47,144 bases of DNA. It comes from Desulfurococcaceae archaeon. GTDB lineage: Archaea; Thermoproteota; Thermoprotei_A; Sulfolobales; Desulfurococcaceae. Below, piece after piece: positions 9,152 to 18,536 of the stretch (position 1 is the first letter of the stretch; every line of letters begins with the position of its first letter). The position numbers were made by a program, and so were the translations under genes. Location of the stretch: positions 1 through 47,144 of the forward strand of contig JAWBBW010000010.1 in the NCBI GenBank assembly GCA_038824035.1, read 5' to 3'. The notes beneath the pieces were generated by a model. The model was not told where the DNA came from. It did not search any database and saw only the letters and a list, made by a program, of their open reading frames with translations.

Positions 9152-10363
9152 TTACGTGTATTTGTCTATGAAATCCCTTGTGAGCTCCAAGCCCTTGATT
9201 ATATCTGCCTCATTCATGGTGACAAACGTGATCCTCAAATGGCCTTTACCACTATTACCAAAGACGGAGCCCGGTAACATGACTACTCCTTTCTCCTCTG
9301 CGAGTTTAAGCGCAAAGGAGAGGTCATCTATTTTCATTTTCTCCAGGTATGGCTTTATATCCGGGAACAAGTACATGCTGGCAATTGGTTTCAATACCCG
9401 TGCCTCATTTAGATATTTCAAAGTAGCTGTGTATGCTACATCCCTTCTCCTCCTATACACTGGGATCACCTCTTTCAGGTATTTCTCCTTGAAACCCATT
9501 GACAAGTAGTAATATGCAAACCACTGCATTGGGACAGGCGCAACTAGGCCGAATAACCCCTTAACCTTGACCATTTCCTTGACCACATCAACAGGCCCGT
9601 ATAAGTAGCCTAGTCTCCCACCTGGTATTGCCAGGTCTTTGCTGAAAGAGCCACAGACCACTATGTAATCCATCGAGGGGGCCAATTTCTCTATCCAGAC
9701 GTGTTCACCCTCGTACACCATGTGCTTATACGCAACATCGTATATGACCCATACCCTTTTCTCATATGCCACGTCGATAATGGTCTTAGCGATCTCAGGG
9801 TCTATGATTCTGGATGTTGGATTATCTGGGCTTGCGAATAAAACAGCTTTCGCCTTGACGAGTTTCTCCTTGATGCATTCAGGATCCGGGTTAAATTCAT
9901 TTTCAATGCTTTGTTCACAAGTCTCGATCCTCAGGTCAACGAACATGGATTGATCCCAATAGACACTGTAAGATGGATCGAATAACAGAACAGTATCGCC
10001 TGGATCTAACAACGTGTACAGCGATATTAGGAGTGCTTCGGCGCCCCCACTTGTGATCAATATTTGATCTGGATGAATATCCACGTTACCGTATCGCTTC
10101 AGATCAAGCGACACAGCCTCTCTCAGTTCTGGCAAACCCTGTGTTGGTATATATTTGAAATGTTTGAAGGGGTCTCGGCGCACTGCCTCGATGAAATACT
10201 CTAATGCATCCTTATCGGGCGGCAAACCCGGTTGACCAGCCGTGTAATCGTAGACCTTGACGCCTTTCCTTCGTAGTTCATCAGCCTTGGCTATTAGGAT
10301 ACGATGCGGGTTTAATGGTATCTTCCTCACTCTCGATGCCAATCTTTCCAACGGGTTCACCAA
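9152..10363 (-). CDS. PLP-dependent class I/II aminotransferase (aspartate aminotransferase-like)
   Basis: AGQP, G..ELREA, SPDNPTS, YDVAY, SFSKDLAIPGGRLG (PLP Lys), PGSVFG...HLRI. Confidence 0.92.
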   Translation of the reverse strand: MVNPLERLASRVRKIPLNPHRILIAKADELRRKGVKVYDYTAGQPGLPPDKDALEYFIEAVRRDPFKHFKYIPTQGLPELREAVSLDLKRYGNVDIHPDQILITSGGAEALLISLYTLLDPGDTVLLFDPSYSVYWDQSMFVDLRIETCEQSIENEFNPDPECIKEKLVKAKAVLFASPDNPTSRIIDPEIAKTIIDVAYEKRVWVIYDVAYKHMVYEGEHVWIEKLAPSMDYIVVCGSFSKDLAIPGGRLGYLYGPVDVVKEMVKVKGLFGLVAPVPMQWFAYYYLSMGFKEKYLKEVIPVYRRRRDVAYTATLKYLNEARVLKPIASMYLFPDIKPYLEKMKIDDLSFALKLAEEKGVVMLPGSVFGNSGKGHLRITFVTMNEADIIKGLELTRDFIDKYT

Positions 10364-10441
10364 TCCCTGTAATGCTGGGCCTTGTTATTAAGCCATGACC
10401 TCGAGAATGGGTTGAATATTCCAAGACAGATGGTCTAGGCT

Positions 10442-11800
10442 TTACGAGATCTTCTTAATAAAGCCCTGTACTGGTTTTTCATTGAAAGAGCTTTTCTCTT
10501 TACCGAATCTTTCTATTGGTTTCATAAGATGTTTGAATGCGTGATGAGGTGGTTGATACCAACCAGGCGATATATCTCGTTGTTTAAAAGTAATTGTCTT
10601 GGTCAATGAATTGTCCCTGAAACCGCATCTCCTACACTTATATCCTTTTCCTCTCCCTGCACTCTCCATTCTTTTCCCACATCTAGGGCAAACGGGGTTT
10701 TCATATACAACCAGAGGGGTGACCCTGATTACGTGGAGTTTCTCGAGATTAAGAGTCATACCATGTTGTAGACCCGGTGGTCTAATGCATCCATATGCTT
10801 CCACTTCATCGCCTGGTTCGAGTTTCTCGGCAATATCCCTGAACTCCTTGGTGGGTTCGTACACAGCTACTGTTATACAGCAATCCATGTCGCATAGATC
10901 GAAGAAAACATGTCCCCCTATTTTCCTAGATGGCTTTGTTTTAACAAAGCCCTTGACTGATACACACATATATGGTCTCACATCGCATATGGAATCAACC
11001 CTGTGTATGTGGCTATCAGTGTGTTGATTTGTCCTGAAAATGGCTATGTATTCCATGGGCTCGTATATCCTGAGCAATTTCAATGCATTGATCAACACTA
11101 ATGGATCTTCGCCTCTCAGCCCGAATAACACGGGATCCGGCCCTTTAGGGGTTATTAAAGGCCTTCTAACCGTGTAATCGTAATTCAAGATCATGAGATG
11201 TCCGAATATTTTGTCTACCTCGATTATACTCTTCTCATCAACGGCCCGCGGCTTGCCGAGGTATTCCCTTGTCCTATACGCGAGTAATTCATACGTGTGA
11301 TCAGTGTTTCTCATTGTATAACCAATGGCTGCTAAAGCGCCTATTAACCCCCTCTTGCCGCTAATGAAATGCGCCCTTATTGACGGCGTTTTCTCGAGAA
11401 CACGCATGGCCAGGTCAAGTGTCACTATATCATATAGGGCTTTCCCAGCTAATTTCTTCAAGGCATCTGTAACACCGCCTTGGTGTATAACTAGAGCTGG
11501 CTGGTGTTTCGGGTTCCTATATTCCTCACAGTATTGATCGATCTCAGCAACGAGGATCCCTGCTATCTTTTCAACCTCATCTTCTGATCTAGCCAATACT
11601 CTCAGTGCGACTGCTCCATTACCTCTTGTTTTCCATGGAATGGCCGGGTTTAATCTGATCAAGTTCGGGTAATCGAGGAACTCGATACCCCTCTGTAGGA
11701 GTTTCCAAGACATAATTGTGGCTAAGTGAGTGGTGCATCCTCCTTGCGGGGAATCCACGTCATCGATGCCTATGTTCAGTTCAATTAATTCTTGGTCCAA
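10442..11800 (-). CDS. tiaS: tRNA(Ile2) 2-agmatinylcytidine synthetase
   Basis: IGIDDVDS..GGCTTH, LIRLNPAIPWKTRGNGA, GLIGALAA, DPVLFGLRG, TNQHTD, OB fold and CPRC...CRRC zinc ribbon. Start trimmed to TTG 11800. Confidence 0.95.
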   Translation of the reverse strand: MDQELIELNIGIDDVDSPQGGCTTHLATIMSWKLLQRGIEFLDYPNLIRLNPAIPWKTRGNGAVALRVLARSEDEVEKIAGILVAEIDQYCEEYRNPKHQPALVIHQGGVTDALKKLAGKALYDIVTLDLAMRVLEKTPSIRAHFISGKRGLIGALAAIGYTMRNTDHTYELLAYRTREYLGKPRAVDEKSIIEVDKIFGHLMILNYDYTVRRPLITPKGPDPVLFGLRGEDPLVLINALKLLRIYEPMEYIAIFRTNQHTDSHIHRVDSICDVRPYMCVSVKGFVKTKPSRKIGGHVFFDLCDMDCCITVAVYEPTKEFRDIAEKLEPGDEVEAYGCIRPPGLQHGMTLNLEKLHVIRVTPLVVYENPVCPRCGKRMESAGRGKGYKCRRCGFRDNSLTKTITFKQRDISPGWYQPPHHAFKHLMKPIERFGKEKSSFNEKPVQGFIKKIS

Positions 11801-11816
11801 GATATATGACCCCGTT

Positions 11817-12797
11817 TCACAGGAAGCAATATGCCCCAGCAACTATTAATGGCAATGCAATGGTCGCGTCAGAATACACGGTTACGTGTTTCCCATCTGG
11901 CTTTAACTTACCCCAGCTAATGGCCTCACGTGGCTGTGCACCGCTTAGACTGCCGTCGTATTCTACAGCCGTGGTCACATATATGGCGTAGTCTAATCCC
12001 TCTTTCAATTGAGCCCACCAAATAGTGTGGTGTTTACTGATACCTCCTCCTATTATGAGCGCCCCCAGTTTCTTGGCTGAGAACACCATATCTATGATCT
12101 TTTTCTCATCGCTAACCAGGTCTATTTCAAGGCCTATGGTTGAATGGGTGAATACTACTTGTGAGCCAAAACTACCGTCAAGGATTCCTGGAACAAAGAC
12201 CGGTACACCGCGTTCATACGAGGCCCTTAAAATACTGTTTTTATCCATTATTCTTCTCCCAGCTTCGTAGAGTAATTCATTGACACTCCACCTTCTCTTA
12301 ATTCTCACTAATTCCTCAAACAAGCTCCTAGCGAAACGCTCTATTGCAGGCCCGTAATTCTCAAGTGGTATAAGGATATTTCCAAGCCTATGTATCTCCA
12401 GGACCCTTAACATCGAGTCATCATAGCTCCAATCACCTTTATAATACACGTGATTGGTCCCCCTCGCTATGTCGTGGTCTATGGCTCCACATGTTGTTAT
12501 GACCATGTGGAAAAAGCCATCTCTGATCAACTGAGCTAATACCCCGCGTAAGCCAGTCGATACTATGTTGCCCGTGAACGCCAATATCCTGGTGGTATCG
12601 GGGTCTTTGACCATCTCAGCGAGTATCATGGATGCCCTGTAGACATGGCCAGCCATGAAACCATGTGATCTGCCCAGTTTATCGATTAATTGACATAGAT
12701 CCATGTTCTTCGATATGGTATAATCTTCCACGGGCTCTCTCAGTATCTTTCTCCTGATCTCGCCTATGTCATGTATTTCGCTCTCGTGGACTTTCAA
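11817..12797 (-). CDS. dys: Deoxyhypusine synthase
   Basis: FTGNIVSTGLR, HRLGNILIP, DGSFG, GGGISKHH, DGSLSGAQPREAISWGK, DATIALP. Confidence 0.96.
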   Translation of the reverse strand: MKVHESEIHDIGEIRRKILREPVEDYTISKNMDLCQLIDKLGRSHGFMAGHVYRASMILAEMVKDPDTTRILAFTGNIVSTGLRGVLAQLIRDGFFHMVITTCGAIDHDIARGTNHVYYKGDWSYDDSMLRVLEIHRLGNILIPLENYGPAIERFARSLFEELVRIKRRWSVNELLYEAGRRIMDKNSILRASYERGVPVFVPGILDGSFGSQVVFTHSTIGLEIDLVSDEKKIIDMVFSAKKLGALIIGGGISKHHTIWWAQLKEGLDYAIYVTTAVEYDGSLSGAQPREAISWGKLKPDGKHVTVYSDATIALPLIVAGAYCFL

Positions 12798-12871
12798 ACT
12801 AGATCACCGGTCGCCCTTAATTGTTATCTAATATCTTGGGTTATTTTTTACTTGGCTGAGACACAGGTGTC

Positions 12872-13546
12872 GTGATGTGTGGCGTGGAGAACAAGGTGTT
12901 GATGTTATTACTTAAGAATAGGAGAATGCTGGTAGATGAGATACTATCCCAGGTGGGGTGTTCAGAGGATGTGTTGAAATACGTGCTTGAGAGACACGAG
13001 TTATTTCTAAGGAGACATGGCTTAGAGATCATTGTTGAAAGGCCCCTGGAATTAGCATTGTTATTAATTGAAAGGGGTGTCGAGGTGTTTAGAGTCAGCG
13101 AGTTATTGGATTGGAGGGATTTCGAGAAATTATCATTGAGCATATTAAGGGAACATGGATACGATGTCATCGGCAATGTGAAGTTGACAAGCCCTATAAG
13201 GGTGGAAATAGACGTTGTGGGCGTAAACCCGATTAATGGGTTAGCGTTGATCATAGATTGTAAGCACTGGTCAGCCATGACTAGGTCTAGGTTATTGAAA
13301 GCCGTCAAAGACCATGTAAAGCGGTTATCGAAGTTAACCAAGTATTATGGGTATTTCAGGGAGAAATACATCGTGTTTGAAAAGGCTAAGTATGTGTTGC
13401 CCCTGGTGATCACGCTTTTGACTCCTAGTATAAGGGCTTACGAAAATGTCATCGTGATAGGTATTCGAGAATTGAACGAATTCTTGTTGAATACCCATTT
13501 AATACTAGACCACTACGGGGTTAAGCCGATTAAACTCGGAGCCTAA
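12872..13546 (+). CDS. PD-(D/E)xK restriction-endonuclease-fold protein (Mrr-like) with N-terminal wHTH-like region
   Basis: WRDFEKL...GY, EIDVVG and IIDCKHW motifs. Confidence 0.78.
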   Translation: MMCGVENKVLMLLLKNRRMLVDEILSQVGCSEDVLKYVLERHELFLRRHGLEIIVERPLELALLLIERGVEVFRVSELLDWRDFEKLSLSILREHGYDVIGNVKLTSPIRVEIDVVGVNPINGLALIIDCKHWSAMTRSRLLKAVKDHVKRLSKLTKYYGYFREKYIVFEKAKYVLPLVITLLTPSIRAYENVIVIGIRELNEFLLNTHLILDHYGVKPIKLGA

Positions 13547-13606
13547 CTCGGCGCGGATGATTGATATTATTTAAATAGAAATCAATTCATCTTTTAAACA
13601 AGGGTT

Positions 13607-14353
13607 GTGGAAATGATGCGCATTGTTTTACCAGAGGCTAAGATGTTTAAAGAAATAATAGAGGCCACTGGCAACATAGCCGATGAAGTTGCGTTTAAAA
13701 TAAGCCCAGAGGGTTTCACGCTGAAAGCGCTCGACATAGATCAATCCTCGTTCCTCGAAGTGTTCTTCCCTCCTGACCTTTTCCTAGAGTTCAATGTGGA
13801 GAAGGAGTTCATAATAGGTGTTTCAATTGCCAATTTGAAACGAGTGTTGAAATTTATAAAGAAAGGGGACAACCTAGTCATGGGGCTTGAAGGGGATTAT
13901 GTGAGGTTTGAAATAGAATCAATTGTCAAGAGGCGGTTTGGGTTTAGAAATCTCGATGTCCAAGTACCGGAGATCCCGGAGACAGCGTTTCAGTACAATG
14001 TCTCGGCGCAATTGATGTCAGCAGCTGTGAAAAAGGCCATTGAAGATGTCAAGTCCATTGGAGGAGTAGTGGAATTTGATACCCCTTCAAAGGAACTATT
14101 TGTGATAAGGGCTGTTGGAACAGGTAAAATGGAGGCCAAGTTCGCGATGGGCTCCACAGCTGTGATATCCCTCGAGATATCTGAATTATCAAGGGCATCT
14201 TACGATGCCGGTAAGTTATCCAATATACTGGATATAGCGAAGGTGTCCGATATTGTCAAGATACAGTTCTCTAGTAAAATGCCGTTGAGAATGGAGTTCC
14301 TGGTTGGTAATGGGAAAGTGGCATACCTATTAGCGCCATTCGAGGCTGGTTAG
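13607..14353 (+). CDS. pcn: DNA polymerase sliding clamp (PCNA paralogue)
   Basis: About 248 aa. FKEII...IADEV.F.....G..LKALD, F.EF.V, KMPLRMEF...GKVAYLLAP. Confidence 0.92.
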   Translation: MEMMRIVLPEAKMFKEIIEATGNIADEVAFKISPEGFTLKALDIDQSSFLEVFFPPDLFLEFNVEKEFIIGVSIANLKRVLKFIKKGDNLVMGLEGDYVRFEIESIVKRRFGFRNLDVQVPEIPETAFQYNVSAQLMSAAVKKAIEDVKSIGGVVEFDTPSKELFVIRAVGTGKMEAKFAMGSTAVISLEISELSRASYDAGKLSNILDIAKVSDIVKIQFSSKMPLRMEFLVGNGKVAYLLAPFEAG

Positions 14354-14372
14354 CATAAGTAGCGGGTCATTA

Positions 14373-14993
14373 GTGGTAAAACACGTTTTTTCATCCATAT
14401 CCAGGGCCGTGCACGAGTTACGTAGATCGGGATGTAAAATATCGTTATTGAACGACATAGCCGTGATTGTATATGGCGTGGTAAAACCCCTTGAAGAAGT
14501 AAGGATCATGGTTAGCGCAGATTGCGTGGAAAACGCGTTGGATAATATAATGAAGTCGTTCAACGTGTTTCAACACAGGTTTATCGCCGAGAAGCGGTTA
14601 AGGGAACACGGCGTTGTCGCGGTATCGACTATTTTCTACCCTTTATTGGTAATAGAGTTGGCAAGGAGCTATATTGATGAAGAGGTATTGGCGAACACGG
14701 AGATATTTGAGATATCTGGTTACGAGATCCCTATACCGCGTATCGAGCACTTAATAGCCAAGATGTTGTCACTGGGGATGTTTCCCTATAACGTATATGC
14801 TTACACGCTGTTGTTCTCGTGGATAGATAACCTGGATCACAGCGTATTGGCCAAGCTCATTAAATCCACTGGCGTTAATATCGATAACTTCGTTAGAAAC
14901 CTCGAGGACATGATGAATCACCTTGATTCATTTCAACCAATAAGGAAACCACAAGGTATTGATAGATTTAAAGCCCTGTTAAAATCTACATAG
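14373..14993 (+). CDS. Hypothetical protein with degenerate nucleotidyltransferase-like fold
   Basis: LLNDIAVIVYG..KPLEEVRIMV and IPIPRIEHLIAKM align by eye with the GG.A...YG..R.T.DID and P..E.LI..K pattern of Pol-beta-type NTases. Confidence 0.55.
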   Translation: MVKHVFSSISRAVHELRRSGCKISLLNDIAVIVYGVVKPLEEVRIMVSADCVENALDNIMKSFNVFQHRFIAEKRLREHGVVAVSTIFYPLLVIELARSYIDEEVLANTEIFEISGYEIPIPRIEHLIAKMLSLGMFPYNVYAYTLLFSWIDNLDHSVLAKLIKSTGVNIDNFVRNLEDMMNHLDSFQPIRKPQGIDRFKALLKST

Positions 14994-15029
14994 TTCCTGG
15001 CTGAGACATGTACTTAGAGGTGTCCTGGT

Positions 15030-16184
15030 ATGCCAGTAGAGATATTTAGCAAACTACAGCCCAGTTCGCCTGGCCAAGAAGAGATCGTAAAGACATTTGC
15101 AGATAAAAAATACGAGATAATAGGGCTTTTCGGCCCCACCGGGTCTGGTAAGAGCCTTTTCAGCATAATATATGGTCTCGACAGCGTATTGAATAATAGA
15201 TATAAGAGATTCATAATTACAAGGCCCTTAATAGATGTCGTATCGGGTAGAGAGTATACGGTGGCCGAACTGGGTGAGACCTATTTTAAACTAGTGTACT
15301 CTTACATACAAGACATAACCAACCCTTATGTGGAATGGGATCTAATACAGGATATGATAAATAAGGGAAACGTCGTGATCACCGATTCACATTACCTAAA
15401 GGGCAGGACATTCGACGATTCAATAATATTACTGGATGATGCACAGAGCCTTCCCATTGAAAGCGCTGTCGAGATCATAACTAGGCTTGGCAAGAACAGC
15501 AGGCTCATAATAGCCGGTGACCCTGTTTTCCAGAGAAGCATGGGGAGTAGGGATTCAGCGTCATTGCTGAGAGAGTTATTGCTTGGCGAGGAATCAGCGA
15601 AAGTGATAGACCTCGGATTAAAGGACATCGTGAGGCCGGGCGCTAAGAGAGGTGTAAAGCTATTGCTTGAGTCGAAAATGAGAAATAGGGCTCTCAACGA
15701 CTTGGAGAAACAAGTGATAGCCTCCGCGAGGATCCATGCACCGGATGCCGATATAATTACGGCCATAGATCTCACGGATTTGAAGAAGAGATATAACATA
15801 ACAAGTGAACAATCGCCAGATGGTTTAATAATAGTTAAAGAAGATTATCTGGGCAGGATAATAGGCAAAGGAGGAGAGAGAATCACAGCCATTGAAAAGG
15901 ACACGGAATTAAAGCTGAGAGCGGTTGAGCTCTCGCTTGATTTCAAGCCATTTATAAGGGCAATCCACCCAACTAGCTGGATATATAAACACATAGTCGA
16001 CGTCGATTTCGCAGGCCCTAATCTCGCCGTCAAAGTAGATAGCGATGCATATGGGGCATTTGTGGGTCAAAAGGGCATTTACATCAGGTTCTTAGATCAC
16101 GTGTTCAGGAAACTTTTGGATATCGGTGTAAGGTGTTATGAAGTAGAAACGGAGAGTAAGAAGGAATCAAGAAAGAAGAAATAG
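15030..16184 (+). CDS. PhoH-family ATPase with C-terminal KH domains
   Basis: GPTGSGKS, ITRP, YLKGRTFDD, LDDAQ, TRLG, GDP.FQ, DIVR, followed by KH motifs IIGKGG and FVGQKG. Confidence 0.9.
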   Translation: MPVEIFSKLQPSSPGQEEIVKTFADKKYEIIGLFGPTGSGKSLFSIIYGLDSVLNNRYKRFIITRPLIDVVSGREYTVAELGETYFKLVYSYIQDITNPYVEWDLIQDMINKGNVVITDSHYLKGRTFDDSIILLDDAQSLPIESAVEIITRLGKNSRLIIAGDPVFQRSMGSRDSASLLRELLLGEESAKVIDLGLKDIVRPGAKRGVKLLLESKMRNRALNDLEKQVIASARIHAPDADIITAIDLTDLKKRYNITSEQSPDGLIIVKEDYLGRIIGKGGERITAIEKDTELKLRAVELSLDFKPFIRAIHPTSWIYKHIVDVDFAGPNLAVKVDSDAYGAFVGQKGIYIRFLDHVFRKLLDIGVRCYEVETESKKESRKKK

Positions 16185-16198
16185 GGAAGGCCATATAC

Positions 16199-17626
16199 TT
16201 ATTTTCTCCTATATACCATGAAAATTGCTAAAACGATCGCTAGGATTGCGATCAATACGATCACGTATACGTCGACTGGGCTTGTTTTCCTGTGATCTAC
16301 CGTGGTCGCTAACGACGGGCTCGTTGTTTGGATAAATGTCTCGGTTAATGCGTTGTTTGTAACATAGGTGGTAGCCTCTCCCTCGGCTATATGGCTTCTA
16401 GTCTCGTTAACTTGAGTTGTCCCTGTTAAAGACGGCTCGAGGGCTGTGTCACCAATGTCTGTGGTAATATTTGTGACAGGTTCCTCGGTTGTCTCTGTAA
16501 TGGCGATTTCAGGCGACAATATATTTTGTGTGGCCACTATTTCGTTGAAAAATCCAAGCCACTCATCAATGGCCATGATATCGCCCACGGGTTTATTCGT
16601 TTCCTTGAAAACTCCAAGAACCTGTATTGCGTTTATTTTCCTATGTAGATCTAAGAAGAGATCAACTGATTCCTCATCTATGTGAGTGGATCTGGAATAT
16701 CCCTCTAAGATGAATGGCTGTGTAATGAATGACCCGGCCAGGAAATCTAATGGAAACCAGCCGAACCCTGGTATATAGGCCATTGTAAAGGCATGGGGAC
16801 CACTGTTCACATATATATACGTCACATTTTCAATGGGGAACACGAACTTCATGCCTTCTATGTAGACATAACCATAGACTATCACTGATGGGATTCCATA
16901 GTAATTTAATAACTCGGCTAGAATCCTAGACATATCATCACAATCGCCTTCTCTTGATTCGACGACATCTTCTATTCCACGAGGCACAGCCGATGCATTA
17001 TACCTTATATACACCATGTACACGAAGTAACCAGCTGTCACTGCTATACCCAGTTTACTCGCATTTGACAAGCTCATCTTGTACTTGTTGGTGAACCACT
17101 CCTCGAAACTCGGCACAACTTTCTCCACTACTATTTCCCGAGGAATTGTCAAGAAATCCCTAGCTATCTCCTCCGGGATATTAATACTGGATGAATTAAA
17201 GGGATCTATGGATGGATCTCTGAGTGCCATGTTTATATATCCAAGAGCTATGCCGAGCGGCTTAGTGCATATCTCGACTATGTTTACGAAAAACCCGTTG
17301 AAACCTTCACCTGGTTTCACTGTGAACGTGTAATATCCAGCACTCTCGTTGAAAATAACCATGTGTGAAACCGCGGGTAGAGATCTCTGGGTGAAGCCAT
17401 ACATTAGCGATATATTCACAGGTGTTTCCAATAGAAGCGTATCGGCTATCGCGCTCTCATAGATCTTTATCGCGTTGTAGAAATATAACTTAGTGCATAC
17501 ATCAGCTATGTTACTGGCCATGTTCTCGTTTGGAGTCACGTAGACGGTGAACATGGCAATGGAGATCAGGATTATCGTGGAAACCCTTTTGACAACTGCC
17601 TTATCCAAAGCATACACCTTGCTCAA
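16199..17626 (-). CDS. Secreted membrane-anchored transglutaminase-like (Cys-His-Asp) protein
   Basis: Signal/TM N-terminus, GDCDD, GPHAF, GWFPLD, Thr-rich linker, C-terminal TM plus RRK. Confidence 0.85.
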   Translation of the reverse strand: MSKVYALDKAVVKRVSTIILISIAMFTVYVTPNENMASNIADVCTKLYFYNAIKIYESAIADTLLLETPVNISLMYGFTQRSLPAVSHMVIFNESAGYYTFTVKPGEGFNGFFVNIVEICTKPLGIALGYINMALRDPSIDPFNSSSINIPEEIARDFLTIPREIVVEKVVPSFEEWFTNKYKMSLSNASKLGIAVTAGYFVYMVYIRYNASAVPRGIEDVVESREGDCDDMSRILAELLNYYGIPSVIVYGYVYIEGMKFVFPIENVTYIYVNSGPHAFTMAYIPGFGWFPLDFLAGSFITQPFILEGYSRSTHIDEESVDLFLDLHRKINAIQVLGVFKETNKPVGDIMAIDEWLGFFNEIVATQNILSPEIAITETTEEPVTNITTDIGDTALEPSLTGTTQVNETRSHIAEGEATTYVTNNALTETFIQTTSPSLATTVDHRKTSPVDVYVIVLIAILAIVLAIFMVYRRK

Positions 17627-17675
17627 AATCTGCTTACTGGTAAACGGCCTTTATAAAATAACCGCGAGTAGTGGG

Positions 17676-18536
17676 TTATTTCAACTCAATGTCGATCACC
17701 ATTTGATGCGTTCGCGGCCCCACGTTTCTCACTTTCCTAACCAGGTTTACCCGGTATTCATATACCCCGATCTCGCGTAGCCTTTTATCTATTAACTCAA
17801 TGGATTTATCGATATAGTGTTCTCCTCTATTTGTCTTGACATGCAAATACACGTGGATCCAGCCTTTCCTGTTTAAAAGCGCCTTCACAGCATATGGCAG
17901 GTATTCAAGGGCTAGTTCGGGGTATGGCATCAAAACCCTGTTGGAAGAGTTCGATAGCCTTGTCTCAACGACTTCCTTGGCATCGCCAAGTATTGGCTCT
18001 ACTATGTCCTCAACCTTGTTCAGAGCTATGTTCTTCACCATGTATTGATATGCAAATGGATTTATGTCAATGCTGTACACTTTTCTCGGCCTAGCATACT
18101 TGGCTATTATTATGCTGAAAAGACCCGCTCCCGCGAACATGTTTGTAATTACTTCTCCTTGTTGAACCAATCTAGCGATTCTCTTATGCTCATAGTTCAG
18201 GCTAGGCGATATATATACCTTGTTTATATCGACTTCGAACAGGCATTTATGCTCCACGTAAACAGTTTCACTACGGTTCTCGCCGGCAAGCCATACGTGT
18301 TTTCTAAGCCTATATGGCCCCTCCACTCCTGGTAAAGCTGCCCACACCGATTTCACGAACCTGAATTTCCTCATGATCTCCTCTGCGAGCGGCCTCAATA
18401 TTATTGGGTCCATGTCGAAAGGCGTCCTAATTACAGCTATATCGCCTATGAACTCTACGCGTTTCCATATCTTATTGGCCACATCCTTGCCGAGGATCTC
18501 CGTTGCCAGTTTTTTCAATAGATCTCCTCTTGTCAA
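17676..18536 (-). CDS. Trm5/TYW2-family SAM-dependent tRNA methyltransferase
   Basis: IGDIAVI, LAGE..SET...E, EHKRIA, NMFAGAGLFS, DINP, GDA, RVLMPYP. Short form without the N-terminal D1 domain. Confidence 0.88.
   Translation of the reverse strand: MTRGDLLKKLATEILGKDVANKIWKRVEFIGDIAVIRTPFDMDPIILRPLAEEIMRKFRFVKSVWAALPGVEGPYRLRKHVWLAGENRSETVYVEHKCLFEVDINKVYISPSLNYEHKRIARLVQQGEVITNMFAGAGLFSIIIAKYARPRKVYSIDINPFAYQYMVKNIALNKVEDIVEPILGDAKEVVETRLSNSSNRVLMPYPELALEYLPYAVKALLNRKGWIHVYLHVKTNRGEHYIDKSIELIDKRLREIGVYEYRVNLVRKVRNVGPRTHQMVIDIELK

Noticed and set aside
8975-9277. 100-aa plus-strand ORF starting at a TAATG junction after the pseudogene
   Set aside because: No recognisable motifs, and it runs antisense through the C/D sRNA and the aminotransferase 3' end.
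12872-13546. Restriction-modification or defence system
   Set aside because: A lone nuclease-fold gene in housekeeping context, with no DNA methylase or other defence genes nearby.
14910-14962. ATGATGA C-box-like motif near the end of the NTase-like gene
   Set aside because: Inside a CDS, with no proper D' or C' box, and the nearest CTGA is about 90 nt away.
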